Below are positions 1-9,801 of a DNA stretch of 30,369 nt, piece after piece. The notes under the pieces are model-generated. The model was not told the origin of the DNA. It was given only the letters and a program-made list of their open reading frames with translations, and did not search any database. The position numbers were made by a program, and so were the translations under genes. Source of the stretch: Octopus sinensis (Eukaryota); the NCBI RefSeq assembly GCF_006345805.1, contig NW_021835837.1, forward strand, positions 1 to 30,369. Direction: 5' to 3'. The stretch's first letter is position 1. The number at the start of each line of letters is the position of its first letter.

Positions 1-230
1 TGGGGAGAGGGAGCGATAGAAGAGAGAGAGGGGAAAGAAGAGGAGGAGAGTTGATGTGTACGATTGTGAGTGTGAGTGTGTGTGTCTGTGTGTGTATGCA
101 ATTAGATACACAACCCTGCCCTAAGCTTTCTTTAATATGAAACTGAAGGGAATATCACATTAACGATTGCATTAAATGACATAATTTTATTGTAAAGAAG
201 TGAGTGAAAAGTTTAGCCGGAAAAAATTCC
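1..230. repeat. Unclassified about 330-nt repeat with (GA)n/(GT)n core (segment A)
   Basis: Close copies at 9318-9646, 19080-19397 and 22037-22360, each running into an (AAT)n tract. More diverged paralogs at about 14990-15200, 17400-17770, 27170-27400 and 29550-29898. Confidence 0.75.
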
Positions 231-242
231 AATAATAATAAT

Positions 243-278
<36 letters not shown>

Positions 279-279
279 T

Positions 280-318
<39 letters not shown>

Positions 319-414
319 TATTATTATTATTATTATTATAATAATGATAATAATAATAAAAATAATAATGATAATAATAATAATAATAATAATAATAATA
401 GTAATTATTGTTAC

Positions 415-469
<55 letters not shown>

Positions 470-523
470 ATTATTATTTACTAGTGTTGTTACTATTATT
501 ATCATTATTATTATTATTATTAT
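231..523. repeat. (AAT)n/(ATT)n compound microsatellite with strand switches
   Basis: Directly visible. Equivalent tracts at 9647-9800 plus 10311-10410, 19398-19663 plus 20721-20910, and 22361-22543. Confidence 0.97.
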
Positions 524-1857
524 TTGCCAATAGCGCCGCCATATGGGAGAAGATACAGCAGAAAATGCGGTGTGAGCTGGCAGAATCTTCAGTACGTAAA
601 GCGAAATGCTTAGCGGTATTTCTTCTGCCGTTACGTTCTGAGTTCAAATTCATCCGAGGTCGACATTTCCTTTCATCCTTTCGGGGTCGATTAAAGAAGT
701 ACTAGTTACGCACTGTGGTCGATATGATCAACTTAATCCGTTTGTCTGTCCTTGTTTGTCCTCTCTGTGTTTAGCCCCTTGTCGGTAGTAAAGAAACAGG
801 ATACAGTAGACATGGACAGTGGGGATTTAACGCTGAGACAACGAGTACACAGTTAAAAGAATAACAATGATATCCGACAAAAGAATATAACAATGAAAGT
901 TCGTAATAGGTGCAGGTAATCCCCTGGAGTTTGGCTCAGGTACCCCACCCCAATCCTGAACCACTCGACGCTTCGAGGCATCTGGAAGGGCACTCTCCTC
1001 CCTCTCAAATTCACTAGCCCACAGGTACGTTACTGAGTACGTCCACTCACACGTACCATTTTCTCTGTTCATCCACCTTTGGCAAAGTACTGGGAGGCAT
1101 CACTTCACTCTGCACTCTCATCTCCTTTCCAAGGAAATTGAAAAAGGTGACGAGTGATTGGCCGTAGAGAAAACTCTCTGTCTTTAGTACGTTAACCTGG
1201 TCCACAATACAGCCTCTTTCGCTACTGCTATTAGACTGATGGAAAGCGGCTGATCGATCTTCACTACGGACTCGGCCGAAAGATAGAACCACCCTACACG
1301 TGATAACAGCTGTTCAACATAACTCCACATGTCAGTAATGCAAGGACACTGGACGAGTGCGTGCAGAACGCTTTCATCGCTCTGCGCACCTCTCGGGTAG
1401 GTCGGTCAGACAGCAATTCCGTGCTTGTAGAGTTTATCTTGATCCGGCAGTGCCCCCCGATAGCACTGCAAAGCAAGGGACTTCTAGAAGTTATCCATCG
1501 TCCCCGTCTTGAAAGTCCTCCTCAACAGACTGGTTAGTTCAATTTTGTCAACACCTAGCGTCTCTCCAAGTGCTTCATCGCACTTTCCCTCCACTAACCC
1601 TCCATAGAACTTCAGAGTGGATTTTCCACTGATCGCATTGCCCACCTGGTAGAGGACAGTGAGTGCCTAGCAACATTCCAGATGCCAGTAACCCATCCTC
1701 GGTCTCTTCTTGACCCACGACTGCAGCTTACTGAAAAAAGCCTATTTGTGGAAAAGCCTATTTGACAAACGATGACCACACCTGTTCAACGTTTACGCAG
1801 AATATTTGGAGATGCCGCAGCCCCAGTGCATGTCTTCCACAGCGTGCCCAGTGTTCC
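524..1857 (-). mobile_element. Tx1/L1-clade non-LTR retrotransposon, 5'-truncated (family A): ORF2 C-terminus plus 3' UTR, interrupted by a SINE
   Basis: Frameshifted minus-strand translation (clearest in copy 3) gives EQVWSSFVKQAFPQL..QSWVKKRPRK, GALPVRDKLYKHGS, a C-terminal Cys/His zf-RVT-like motif (PTCAQSYEIILHALVQCP) and AETFLYGQSLVNFFK..ERKMRVQSEVLPPSTFAKRW. It ends in GCCCTATTGGCAAATAA(TAA)n in copy 3. Confidence 0.85.
567..797 (+). mobile_element. tRNA-derived SINE (family 1)
   Basis: Pol III A-box-like AGCTGGCAGAATC, B-box-like GAGTTCAAATTC (640-651) and a tail ending TAAAGAAACA. Flanked by an imperfect GATACAGTAGA duplication. Four copies in the window. Confidence 0.85.
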
Positions 1858-2016
1858 GGAAATCGGAAAGCGAAAGCACAAAAACGAAAATGGGAAAAGG
1901 GAAAAGTAAAAACAGCATTTAAGTGTTCTCCTTGTTAGACCTTGAATTATAAGGCTAAAAATATATCAAAAATGTAATCAAGAATAGACGGAATTTTTCA
2001 GTTCTTCAAAATATAT

Positions 2017-2281
2017 TTATACTTGACCACGACTGAAAATTCCCGACCTAGAGTCCAATAGAGAATTAAGCATCTTAGATCTGAACAGGATATGCACACT
2101 TTCAGCTAAACAAAGCATATATTTAGTCGATCCATTCACATAAGTTATGGATTCTCAATTACTTCCCATCCAGTCACATGTGGTGTTTCGTTTTCTTCCA
2201 AACTTAGCCAGTTTCGTAGCTTTACTTTTTTCCAATGTAGGAAGGGGATTATGTGATTGGCATAACGACTTTGAAATTCAC
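2017..2281 (-). mobile_element. Penelope-like element GIY-YIG endonuclease remnant (family P1), copy 1
   Basis: Frameshifted translation GEFQSRYANH...KATKLAKF...WEVIE/SITYVNGSTKYMLCLAESVHILFRSKMLNSLLDSRSGIFSRGQ. It follows the Penelope EN pattern FKxRYxNH...W...CxLCxxEK..I...LLN...SKCRH. Confidence 0.75.
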
Positions 2282-2702
2282 CTTAAATAAGCAAAAGATT
2301 AAAAGAATAAAAGATTGTGTGTGTGTGTGTGTACATGCATACAAAAATACACCCACATACACACGGATATGTACATAAGCGCACACACACACACATATAG
2401 GCGTATGGATTATTGTTTCGGTAAGTTGTGTCCACGAGAAAGACACTTCCAGTGCACTCATCTGAAAAGCACCAGCATTAACCAGGGGTTAACATTGCGA
2501 CAGACTGGTATCCGGTGTGTTGTATCCTTGGGTGTTGAAATACGTTCGATACCGAGATATACTGGGGCCTAATGAGCCTGTAGATCTGGCAGAGAGTTTA
2601 GCTTAAAAAATACTTTAATGTAGACATTTAGGCATGCGCAGTCAAGTGTTTGTGTAACGTTTATGGAGTGGAAGTCGATATGAATATGACAAAAAAAGAA
2701 AC

Positions 2703-2790
2703 ACCGTATTTTCCGGTGTATAAGCCGCTATTTTTTACCTGGGAAATTTAGTGTGCCGCTTAGAGAAAGGTGCGCCTAATGTGTGTAACT
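2703..2790. mobile_element. Possible DNA-transposon/MITE terminal fragment
   Basis: ACCGTATTTTCCGGTGTATAAGCCGC resembles from memory a common MITE terminal repeat. No partner TIR found in the window. Copies at about 12566 and 24755. Confidence 0.35.
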
Positions 2791-3403
2791 TTTTTTATAG
2801 TTCCAGGAGGAAAATAATTTGTGTATGGAGATCGAATGATTCCACTGATTTTTTTGGAGGAAAGGTCGGTCGATGAAAGACTATTGCTACAGGGCATTGG
2901 TGCCTGGAAGAAAACAAAGCACATTTGTTTTGTTTTAACTTCATGTTTTGATAATGTATATTTTTTATCCGATAAAGAATTTAATATTGACGGAAGGTGT
3001 TTGTTGCTGATTATAGTAAGATAAAATAAAAAAAATCAACAATACATCTCAAAGTTGAAGAATAAAACCTTTTGAAAATGCATACACATCAACAACAACA
3101 AAGCTAGCAGCGGTCACGTGGTTCCATAAGTCTTTATAAAACACCGGTAGGCTTTATGTGTGGTAAAAAACCAAAATTTTCCCCAAAATCCCAAGCTTAA
3201 CTTCACAATACAATAATACAAACATTAATAAGCCACCTCAATGTATAATACTATCTTAAGCCACATTCTACAACCCTGTCTACGAGACGACGAATATTAG
3301 TTCCATTACAACTCTTCAATCCGATACTAATATAAATCCTAATTTAGATTCTCCCCACTAACAACAAACCAACCAACATCAACATTACTACTAGTAACCC
3401 AAC

Positions 3404-3823
3404 CACTTACAACTGTCCTGCTCTGAAATATATGGTATGCAGGCTCCTGTCGCCTCAAAATGTAAACTATAAGTGCCACGTGATGACCCATGTACCCACA
3501 CCATGGCAAGGTGTTATATTAATGGCACTGAGGATTTTCAATGTCGTTGTCGTGCTCATATGTATAATTTCACTAATCCCGAATCTAAACTATTTCAATC
3601 TTAGCAACACACATATACAACCTCAATTCAAACCAATGTCCAACACGCTCTATCGTGGTCATAGTATGTGAAGCTCCCCTCCACAAACAAAAATATAGGT
3701 AAATGTATGTTATGTATGAAGGGTCATTAACTATTCTTCGCCTCCACAAATCCTCACTGTTAAATTCTCTGACGTTATTTTTTATCGTAAGCATAAATAC
3801 TGCCCGACATTCATGCACTTCCC
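3404..3823 (+). mobile_element. Penelope-like element GIY-YIG endonuclease remnant (family P2), copy 1
   Basis: Degenerate here, best read in copy 3: CNCRASEIYG / CLLKSVIYKCHVITPCTHQARVYINGTEDFQCRCRAHMYSF...LATHIYNL / CEAPLYNTNIGKCMLCIKGSLTILRLH..LLNS / RKHK. Confidence 0.75.
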
Positions 3824-3923
3824 TACTTCTAATAATCAGATAGCAAGCCCGGGGCCCATCAAGCTGTAATGTAAAACAAGAGTCAACCTGTCAATCTACA
3901 AGTGAACCATTCCAAATAGATTA

Positions 3924-4044
3924 TTGTGTGTGTGTGTGTGTGTCTATGTACGCATATATCTATGTATGTATATATATATTATATATATCTATATATTATA
4001 TATCTATATATAAATATTATATATCTGTATATATATACATATTA

Positions 4045-4092
<48 letters not shown>

Positions 4093-4125
4093 TATATATA
4101 TTTATTTATTTATTTATATATATAT
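3924..4125. repeat. (GT)n followed by degenerate (AT)n microsatellite
   Basis: Directly visible. Purer (AT)n at the equivalent sites about 13790-13890 and 25985-26080. Confidence 0.95.
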
Positions 4126-5352
4126 ATAAGCATATGCAATACATATGAAATATCCAAACTTGCATTTACAAATACATAATATATACATCACATTTGCAAA
4201 TACATAATATATACATACAAGCTCTTACATATATACATGCAAACACACACACATATACGCACAATATATATACATATAAACTCCTACATTAATACACAGT
4301 ATTAAAAACATAAAGTAGTCAGCATATATATAGATACCCACAGAAATATAAATATATATAACACGCATCCCAAATTTATTCCAAGTATTATGATCAATCG
4401 ATTTTTCCTCCCCCTCTCAGCCTCCTAAATCTCACCAACACACATCACAAATTTCTTCAAATTTTTGCTTTTCAACCGTCTCTACTCTCATTTGACCCTT
4501 CTCGGCTTCAAACAATAATTAACAAAAGTCAAATACTAAGAAAAATACCGACCCGATTTTTTGTACTACTAACATTCTTAACCACTCCCTCGTACCTGAA
4601 AAGTGTCCTGAAAAAATACCCCACGTAATTTGAGATGGAATTGCTGTTTCATTATTGCACCAGCTAGAAAGGTTGCACCTTCAACATTCGATGAATTACT
4701 TATTTATTCACATCGTTTTACAATTAAAATACGTTATCTTCTATAGCTTTGAGATTTTGATTATGTGATTGCTTACTTTTAGAATAACTTTAAATGGTGG
4801 TTGTGAAAGGGCTGATCTGTTCAGTTTCAACAGAAAACAGGAAGAATATTTGGGCCCGACGTGGCCAGTGCCAATGCTAATGGGTTAACTGAAAATTACT
4901 GAAGTAAAAATAAAAGCATAAAAAAACATTTTAGGTAATTTGGGGACACAAACATATGAGGTCTTAACGGTGGAGACCCTTTTTATCCCATCCTTAATGC
5001 TGTTGAGGAGACTGGACAATGGCCAATAGAAGGCCGATATAATATAATGAAAATCGTAACTTACCAATAAAGTGCTGTTAGTCTCTGTTCGTAAGAGGTA
5101 GTGAATGTTTATATATATTTGCGCATATATATATATATATTGCGTCATTTGTTTATTTACCAAACATTTTTTCATTGAAGTAGCAGAACACAACGCACAC
5201 AATTATGCGTATATATATATATGAATGTTTGTGTGTGTATGTGTGAGTATGTGTGTGTTTGCGGGTGTGTATATGTGTATCATAGCAGATTATTGTGCCC
5301 GGTGTAAGGTTGCATCCTGTTTATTCAAGTTTGAAGCAATGGCATGCAGCCG

Positions 5353-5830
5353 TATTTTACATTTCACCGGTATCAGTATCTGAGTCTAAAGTTATAATTA
5401 CTGCATACTGGTGGTACAGTTTTCAACCAGCAGGATGTAACCTGATGCTAATGCTTATAATATCATGCAGCAGAAAGGCGTGTCGTTCACAGGTGTTAAA
5501 ATAACTAAATTGCATTGTATTAAATATGCTAAAAAGTAAGTTACTTCATGTGTAACATTTAATTCTTATTTTAATGTCTTTTACACAGGATAAAAAAACC
5601 CGAAATAGTGAACTCGGAATTTTGGAACTAAGTGAAAGACAATGATTGTTTACCATAAAGATTTTCCCGTTTTGCCGGACCATTCGATGTGGTTTACCAG
5701 AGCCTGGATTGTAGTACAATGCTTGTAAGTTGCGTCCCATGATTTGATTTCCCTCTCCCTTTATAATACGTATATGTGTGTGTGAAAGTGTGTGTCTGCG
5801 TGCGTGTTTGTGTGTGTGAAAATAAGCAAT
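5353..5830 (+). repeat. Duplicated block D, copy 1
   Basis: Near-identical to 29906-30369 (TATTTTACATT.CACCGGTATCAG onward). Absent from the copy-2 path. Confidence 0.93.
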
Positions 5831-5924
5831 GTAAATGAATATATTATGTGTGTATATAATATATATGTATATCGATATATGGAGAGACGTAATGGATAGA
5901 GAGATAGAAAGATAAAGATACAAT

Positions 5925-5963
5925 GATTGATAGAGAGATAGCTAGACAGACACATGATAGTTT

Positions 5964-6061
<98 letters not shown>

Positions 6062-6101
6062 AAGATGGAAAGATAGAGATAGATAGTCATAGATAGACAA
6101 T

Positions 6102-6155
<54 letters not shown>

Positions 6156-6247
6156 GATATATAGACATAGATAGAAAGATAGATAGATTGATAGATAGAT
6201 AGATAAATAGATACATAGATAGATAGATGGATAGATAGAGATAGATG

Positions 6248-6282
<35 letters not shown>
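5925..6282. repeat. (GATA)n microsatellite
   Basis: Directly visible; abuts the 3' end of the Tx1 family B element. Confidence 0.97.
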
Positions 6283-6283
<1 letters not shown>

Positions 6284-7760
6284 TGTTTCTTTATTAGCCA
6301 CACAGGGCTGCACACAGACAGAACAAATTACAAGGTAGAGCTTTTCTTTTGGGGGTAAAAAAGGGGGTGGGTTTCCGATCAAAAGGGATCGTAAAAGGAA
6401 AGAAAGAGGACAAAAGGGGAGGATATTTTAAAAAAGGGGGAGAAGGAAAGAAATAAAAGGAAAGGGGAGAGGAAAAAAAGTTGATCAATAGGGATCGTAA
6501 TCACAGAAATGTCAATATGAAGTGTAAAGAAAAGCCTACGGAAAAGACCACGGTACTCGGTCAATGAAGTCACATATTATATTTCTTTCTTTTATTTTTT
6601 TGTGCAAATAAGCAACTCTCTGTATTAATTTTTACGGTTCATAGAATCATAGTCAAGGTGGCTTCGTCATTCATAGTGCCATCCTTGCTACATTCACCCA
6701 TCTTTTTTAAAACATTCGCTAGACAAAATTGCCTCTCTAACTCTCACTTTCCTCTTCATGTGATACTTGAAGAAGTTGATGAGAGATTGACCAGAGAGGA
6801 AAGTGTTTGTCTCCAATCCTTTCGGGCGCGTCCCCAGATACATTCTTTCGCCATAGCCATAAGTATGAAAAAATAGCTCTTCCTTCCCGTTTGAAGAAGG
6901 AGGCGTGACGATATTACGATAAGACTCGGCTGATAAACAGACACGTCCCACACGTGACAGCAGTCGTTCGACATAAGGCCACAGTCGGAAATTGCTGGAC
7001 ACTTCACCATTGCGTGCAGAGCGGTTTCGTCGCTCTGCCCGCATCTCGGGCAGGTCGGCCCGTGTTTCTCGAGCCATGCCTATAGAGCTTATCCGAACGG
7101 GTAGCGCTTCTCGGTACACACCGCCAGGCCAGGGATCTCTGAAGTTTGTCTATAGGTCCCGGGCCGAAAGTCGTTTGAAAACAGCGGGTCAGGTATTCCT
7201 CGACGACGCCCAGGTTTGCCAAGAGATCGTCGTCGTACCTCCCCTCCACTAATCCCCTATAGAATCTTTGGTTGTGTTGAAGTCACTCAAGGTCGACCTG
7301 GACGGCAGAGTTGCTTGAGAGCAACGCGACACTCGCGGTGCCATTCGCCTTCCTCGGCCTCTTTTTGATCCACGACTTGTGTTCGGTCATGGAGACGAGT
7401 TGCGGGAATGCATGCCTCACAACGGCGACCAACCTGTTCACGTCGTGAACATAGAGCCGGAGATGTCGCAGTCTCAGCGCGTGTCTGCGCATCATCAACC
7501 ACGGCATGCCCAGCCCTTCTTTTAACGGGTGTTGGCAGCAAATGGATCGCCTGACCATCGGACGCACCTTTCGACAAGAAGCGGAAGAGGATGCGTTCTA
7601 GTTTGGTGATGGTAGGGTCGGGACAAGGTACGACGGTCAGGCGGTAGTAGATGGTGGACGCGATGTAGGCTTTCGCCACCTCCACCCGACCTTTTAGGGA
7701 CACTTTCCTCTCGGCCCATTGCTGGGCGAGAGTGACCACCCTACTCGTTATCTCGTTCCA
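6283..7760 (-). mobile_element. Tx1/L1-clade non-LTR retrotransposon, 5'-truncated (family B), with intact 3' UTR
   Basis: Frameshifted ORF2: WNEITSRVVTLAQQWAERKVSLKGRVEVAKAYIAS.IYYRLTVVPCP, RRSICCQHPLKEGLGMPWLMMRRHALRLRHL, a Cys/His motif region and GLETNTFLSGQSLINFFKYHMKRKVRV. Stop near 6639. The T-rich 3' UTR ends AATAAAGAAACA(TATC)n. Confidence 0.9.
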
Positions 7761-7790
7761 GATAGATAGATAGATATGTAGATATATAGG

Positions 7791-7878
<88 letters not shown>

Positions 7879-7915
7879 GATATAGATAGAAGATCGATTG
7901 ATTGATCGATAGATA
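7761..7915. repeat. (GATA)n microsatellite
   Basis: Directly visible; abuts the truncated 5' end of the family B element. Confidence 0.97.
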
Positions 7916-8069
7916 GCTCATTTTCTATTGTTTGCAATCCTTTAAAATTTCAGGAACACAAACCATAGAGCTTCAATTCCCGTTCGCTGCTGTCGTCGAT
8001 GAGATCCGACAATTCTAATTTATGGCGTAGAATTTAAACCATAGCTGTAAACAATTCCTTACGTTTGTC

Positions 8070-8136
8070 ATCCATTGGGCTGCGCCTATGCTGCCTTAAA
8101 GTGTTTTAGTCGCACAAATCGACCCCAGTTTTGTTG
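8070..8136 (-). mobile_element. Decayed SINE 3' tail fragment
   Basis: Reverse complement GGGGTCGATTTGTGCGACTAAAA..AAGGC resembles the family 2 SINE tail GGGGTCGATTTGCTCCACTAAAGGCGG at about 18975. Confidence 0.45.
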
Positions 8137-8225
8137 TTAAGCCTCTGCGTATTCTCGCGATCCCTTCCGCTGATTTGCCTACAGTTACGCAACTTTATAC
8201 TTTTGATTTTTTTATTATTACTTAC

Positions 8226-8420
8226 CAGAAAAAAGAAAAACATGAATGCAATTATCGTCAGCGGCAGGCAATTCTGAATCAGACGTAAATGCTTTGAAAA
8301 TGACGTGGTAAAAATGTGAAAAGTTTCAAGTGGTTGTAAGGAATTTAACAAGATACCGATCGGCCAAATTACTGGGACGTAAAAACCGGAACCTGTTCCC
8401 AAGCGGTCATAGTGGATAAA
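8226..8420 (-). other. Candidate 195-nt exon, product unknown
   Basis: TGTGTTTCAG acceptor, CTG|GTAAGT donor and 65 open codons in phase 0 (FIHYDRLGTGSGFYVPVIWPIG...). No recognisable domain or neighbouring exons. Confidence 0.2.
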
Positions 8421-8944
8421 CTGAAACACATACACATATACATACACGCGCTCACGTATACATAGATGTATACATATATGTAAAATATATATATATATAT
8501 ATATATACATAAGTGTGTGTGTGTGTATATATAACAAAGTAAGTTTGGGGCTACTAATAAATATATATAATTGAAATATAGGATATAATTTTTACGAGGA
8601 TTTATCAAGTAGTTATCGTGAAAAACCTCAGAAAGGATAACTTATTAATTATCCCCTATGAATATATTTATATATATTAAGGGTATTACTTATACATAAA
8701 TGCCTCACGCTAGGAGGGTCGCTTGAAGTCAAAACTACTATAATGCCCACATTGTACAAAACGCGAGGGAATGCAACTCTCAAAGCGAGCCTCCAGAAAC
8801 TGAACATCATATGATTCCGTAATTAGTGCACAAAATGCACTTTTCAGTCATCAGCGCAGCCTTTGTCAAGACATAAAAATTAACAAAAATCAACGTACCA
8901 GACGAACACTTGTAACCCGGCGTTTGATACAATGTGGTTATTAT

Positions 8945-9285
8945 ATTCAGGCAGTCATAGATGACGGAAGCGATGTACGCATTCGCCACCTCGACTCGAC
9001 CCTTCACGAACAGCTTCCTCTCTGCCAATTTCTGGGTGAGATCGACTATCCTGTTCGTCACCTTCCACCCGTTGTTGTCCCACCTCGGTGTCTACAGCAG
9101 ACCAGACCCCAAACAGTTTAACCTGTCTTTCACTTTAGCGCCCTACAAACTGTCGGTTGGTATGGGTCTGCCTCTCCATCTGCCGATTTGCAGGCCCACC
9201 GACTTCTCTTGGATAAGCTTTGCTCCTATCAACACAATTCGTGGACAGTATTATGATGACGTATCCGTAGTTAGCTGATACGAAC
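8945..9285 (-). mobile_element. Tx1/L1-clade RT C-terminal fragment (family C)
   Basis: TNRIVDLTQKLAERKLFVKGRVEVANAYIASVIYDCL. Near-identical to 18481-18820 and 21661-21955. Confidence 0.85.
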
Positions 9286-9699
9286 ATTACATCCTAATAT
9301 ATATTATATAATATGTTATCTGTGTTTCTAATTATATAATTTCGATTTGAAAATTTCAGTCAGCAGTTTATGATGATTGGCGGTGAAGTGGAAGAGTTAA
9401 AATGAGAGAGGGGTAGAGGAGTGTGATAGAAGAGAGAGAGAGGGAAAGAAGAGGAGGAGAGTTGATGTGTACGATTGTTCGTGTGTGTGTGTGTGGTGTG
9501 TGTGTCGTGTGTGGATGTAATATACATAACCCTGCCTAAGCTTTTCTTTAATATGAAACTGGAGGGAATATCACATTAACGATTGCATTAAATGATATAA
9601 TTTTACTGTGAAGAAGTGAGTGAAATGTTAGCCGGAGAAATTTTCCAATAACAATAATAATTATATAATAATAATAAAAATAATAATAATAGTAATAAT

Positions 9700-9739
<40 letters not shown>

Positions 9740-9764
9740 TAATATATTATTATTATTATTATTA

Positions 9765-9800
<36 letters not shown>

Positions 9801-9801
<1 letters not shown>

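Larger units (their letters stand above)
1..5240 (+). repeat. Segmental duplication unit, copy 1 (5'-truncated by the window edge)
   Basis: Colinear near-identity with about 9385-14960 and 22130-27150. Anchor GAAATTCAC|CTTAAATA has its boundary C at 2281, 12150 and 24332 (offsets 9869 and 12182). Confidence 0.93.

Noticed and set aside
242-705. Poly-Asn/Tyr/Ile/Leu ORFs (also 10115-10448, 22342-22734)
   Set aside because: Translations of (AAT)n/(ATT)n microsatellites running into SINE sequence.
2821-3024. 67-aa ORF repeated at 24873-25073
   Set aside because: GTG start just after an in-frame stop, frameshifted in copy 2 and no recognisable domain; persistence is explained by recent duplication.
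3926-4179. YI/HT/CV-rich ORFs (also 13725-14022, 15354-16232, 27612-28405 and others)
   Set aside because: Products of (AT)n, (CA)n and (GT)n tracts.
4783-4888. Acceptor-preceded plus-strand frame ITLNGGCERADLFSFNRKQEEYLGPTWPVPMLMG*
   Set aside because: No donor before the stop, no homology recognised, and the differences in copy 2 are non-synonymous (N to H, G to D, N to H).
5589-5724. Idea that cephalopod A-to-I editing recodes the two TAA stops to Trp
   Set aside because: Needs double editing at two codons, the second copy has an extra TAG, and there is no dsRNA or transcript evidence.
5546-6382. Long LSIY-repeat ORFs (up to 184 aa; also the start of 7287-7937)
   Set aside because: Stop-free frame of (TATC)n; the 7287-7937 ORF is this repeat fused to Tx1 ORF2.
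6639-7760. Intact, active retrotransposon ORFs (Tx1, Dong, Penelope)
   Set aside because: All copies are 5'-truncated, lack the RT catalytic core and have frameshifts or stops, though some indels may be sequencing errors.
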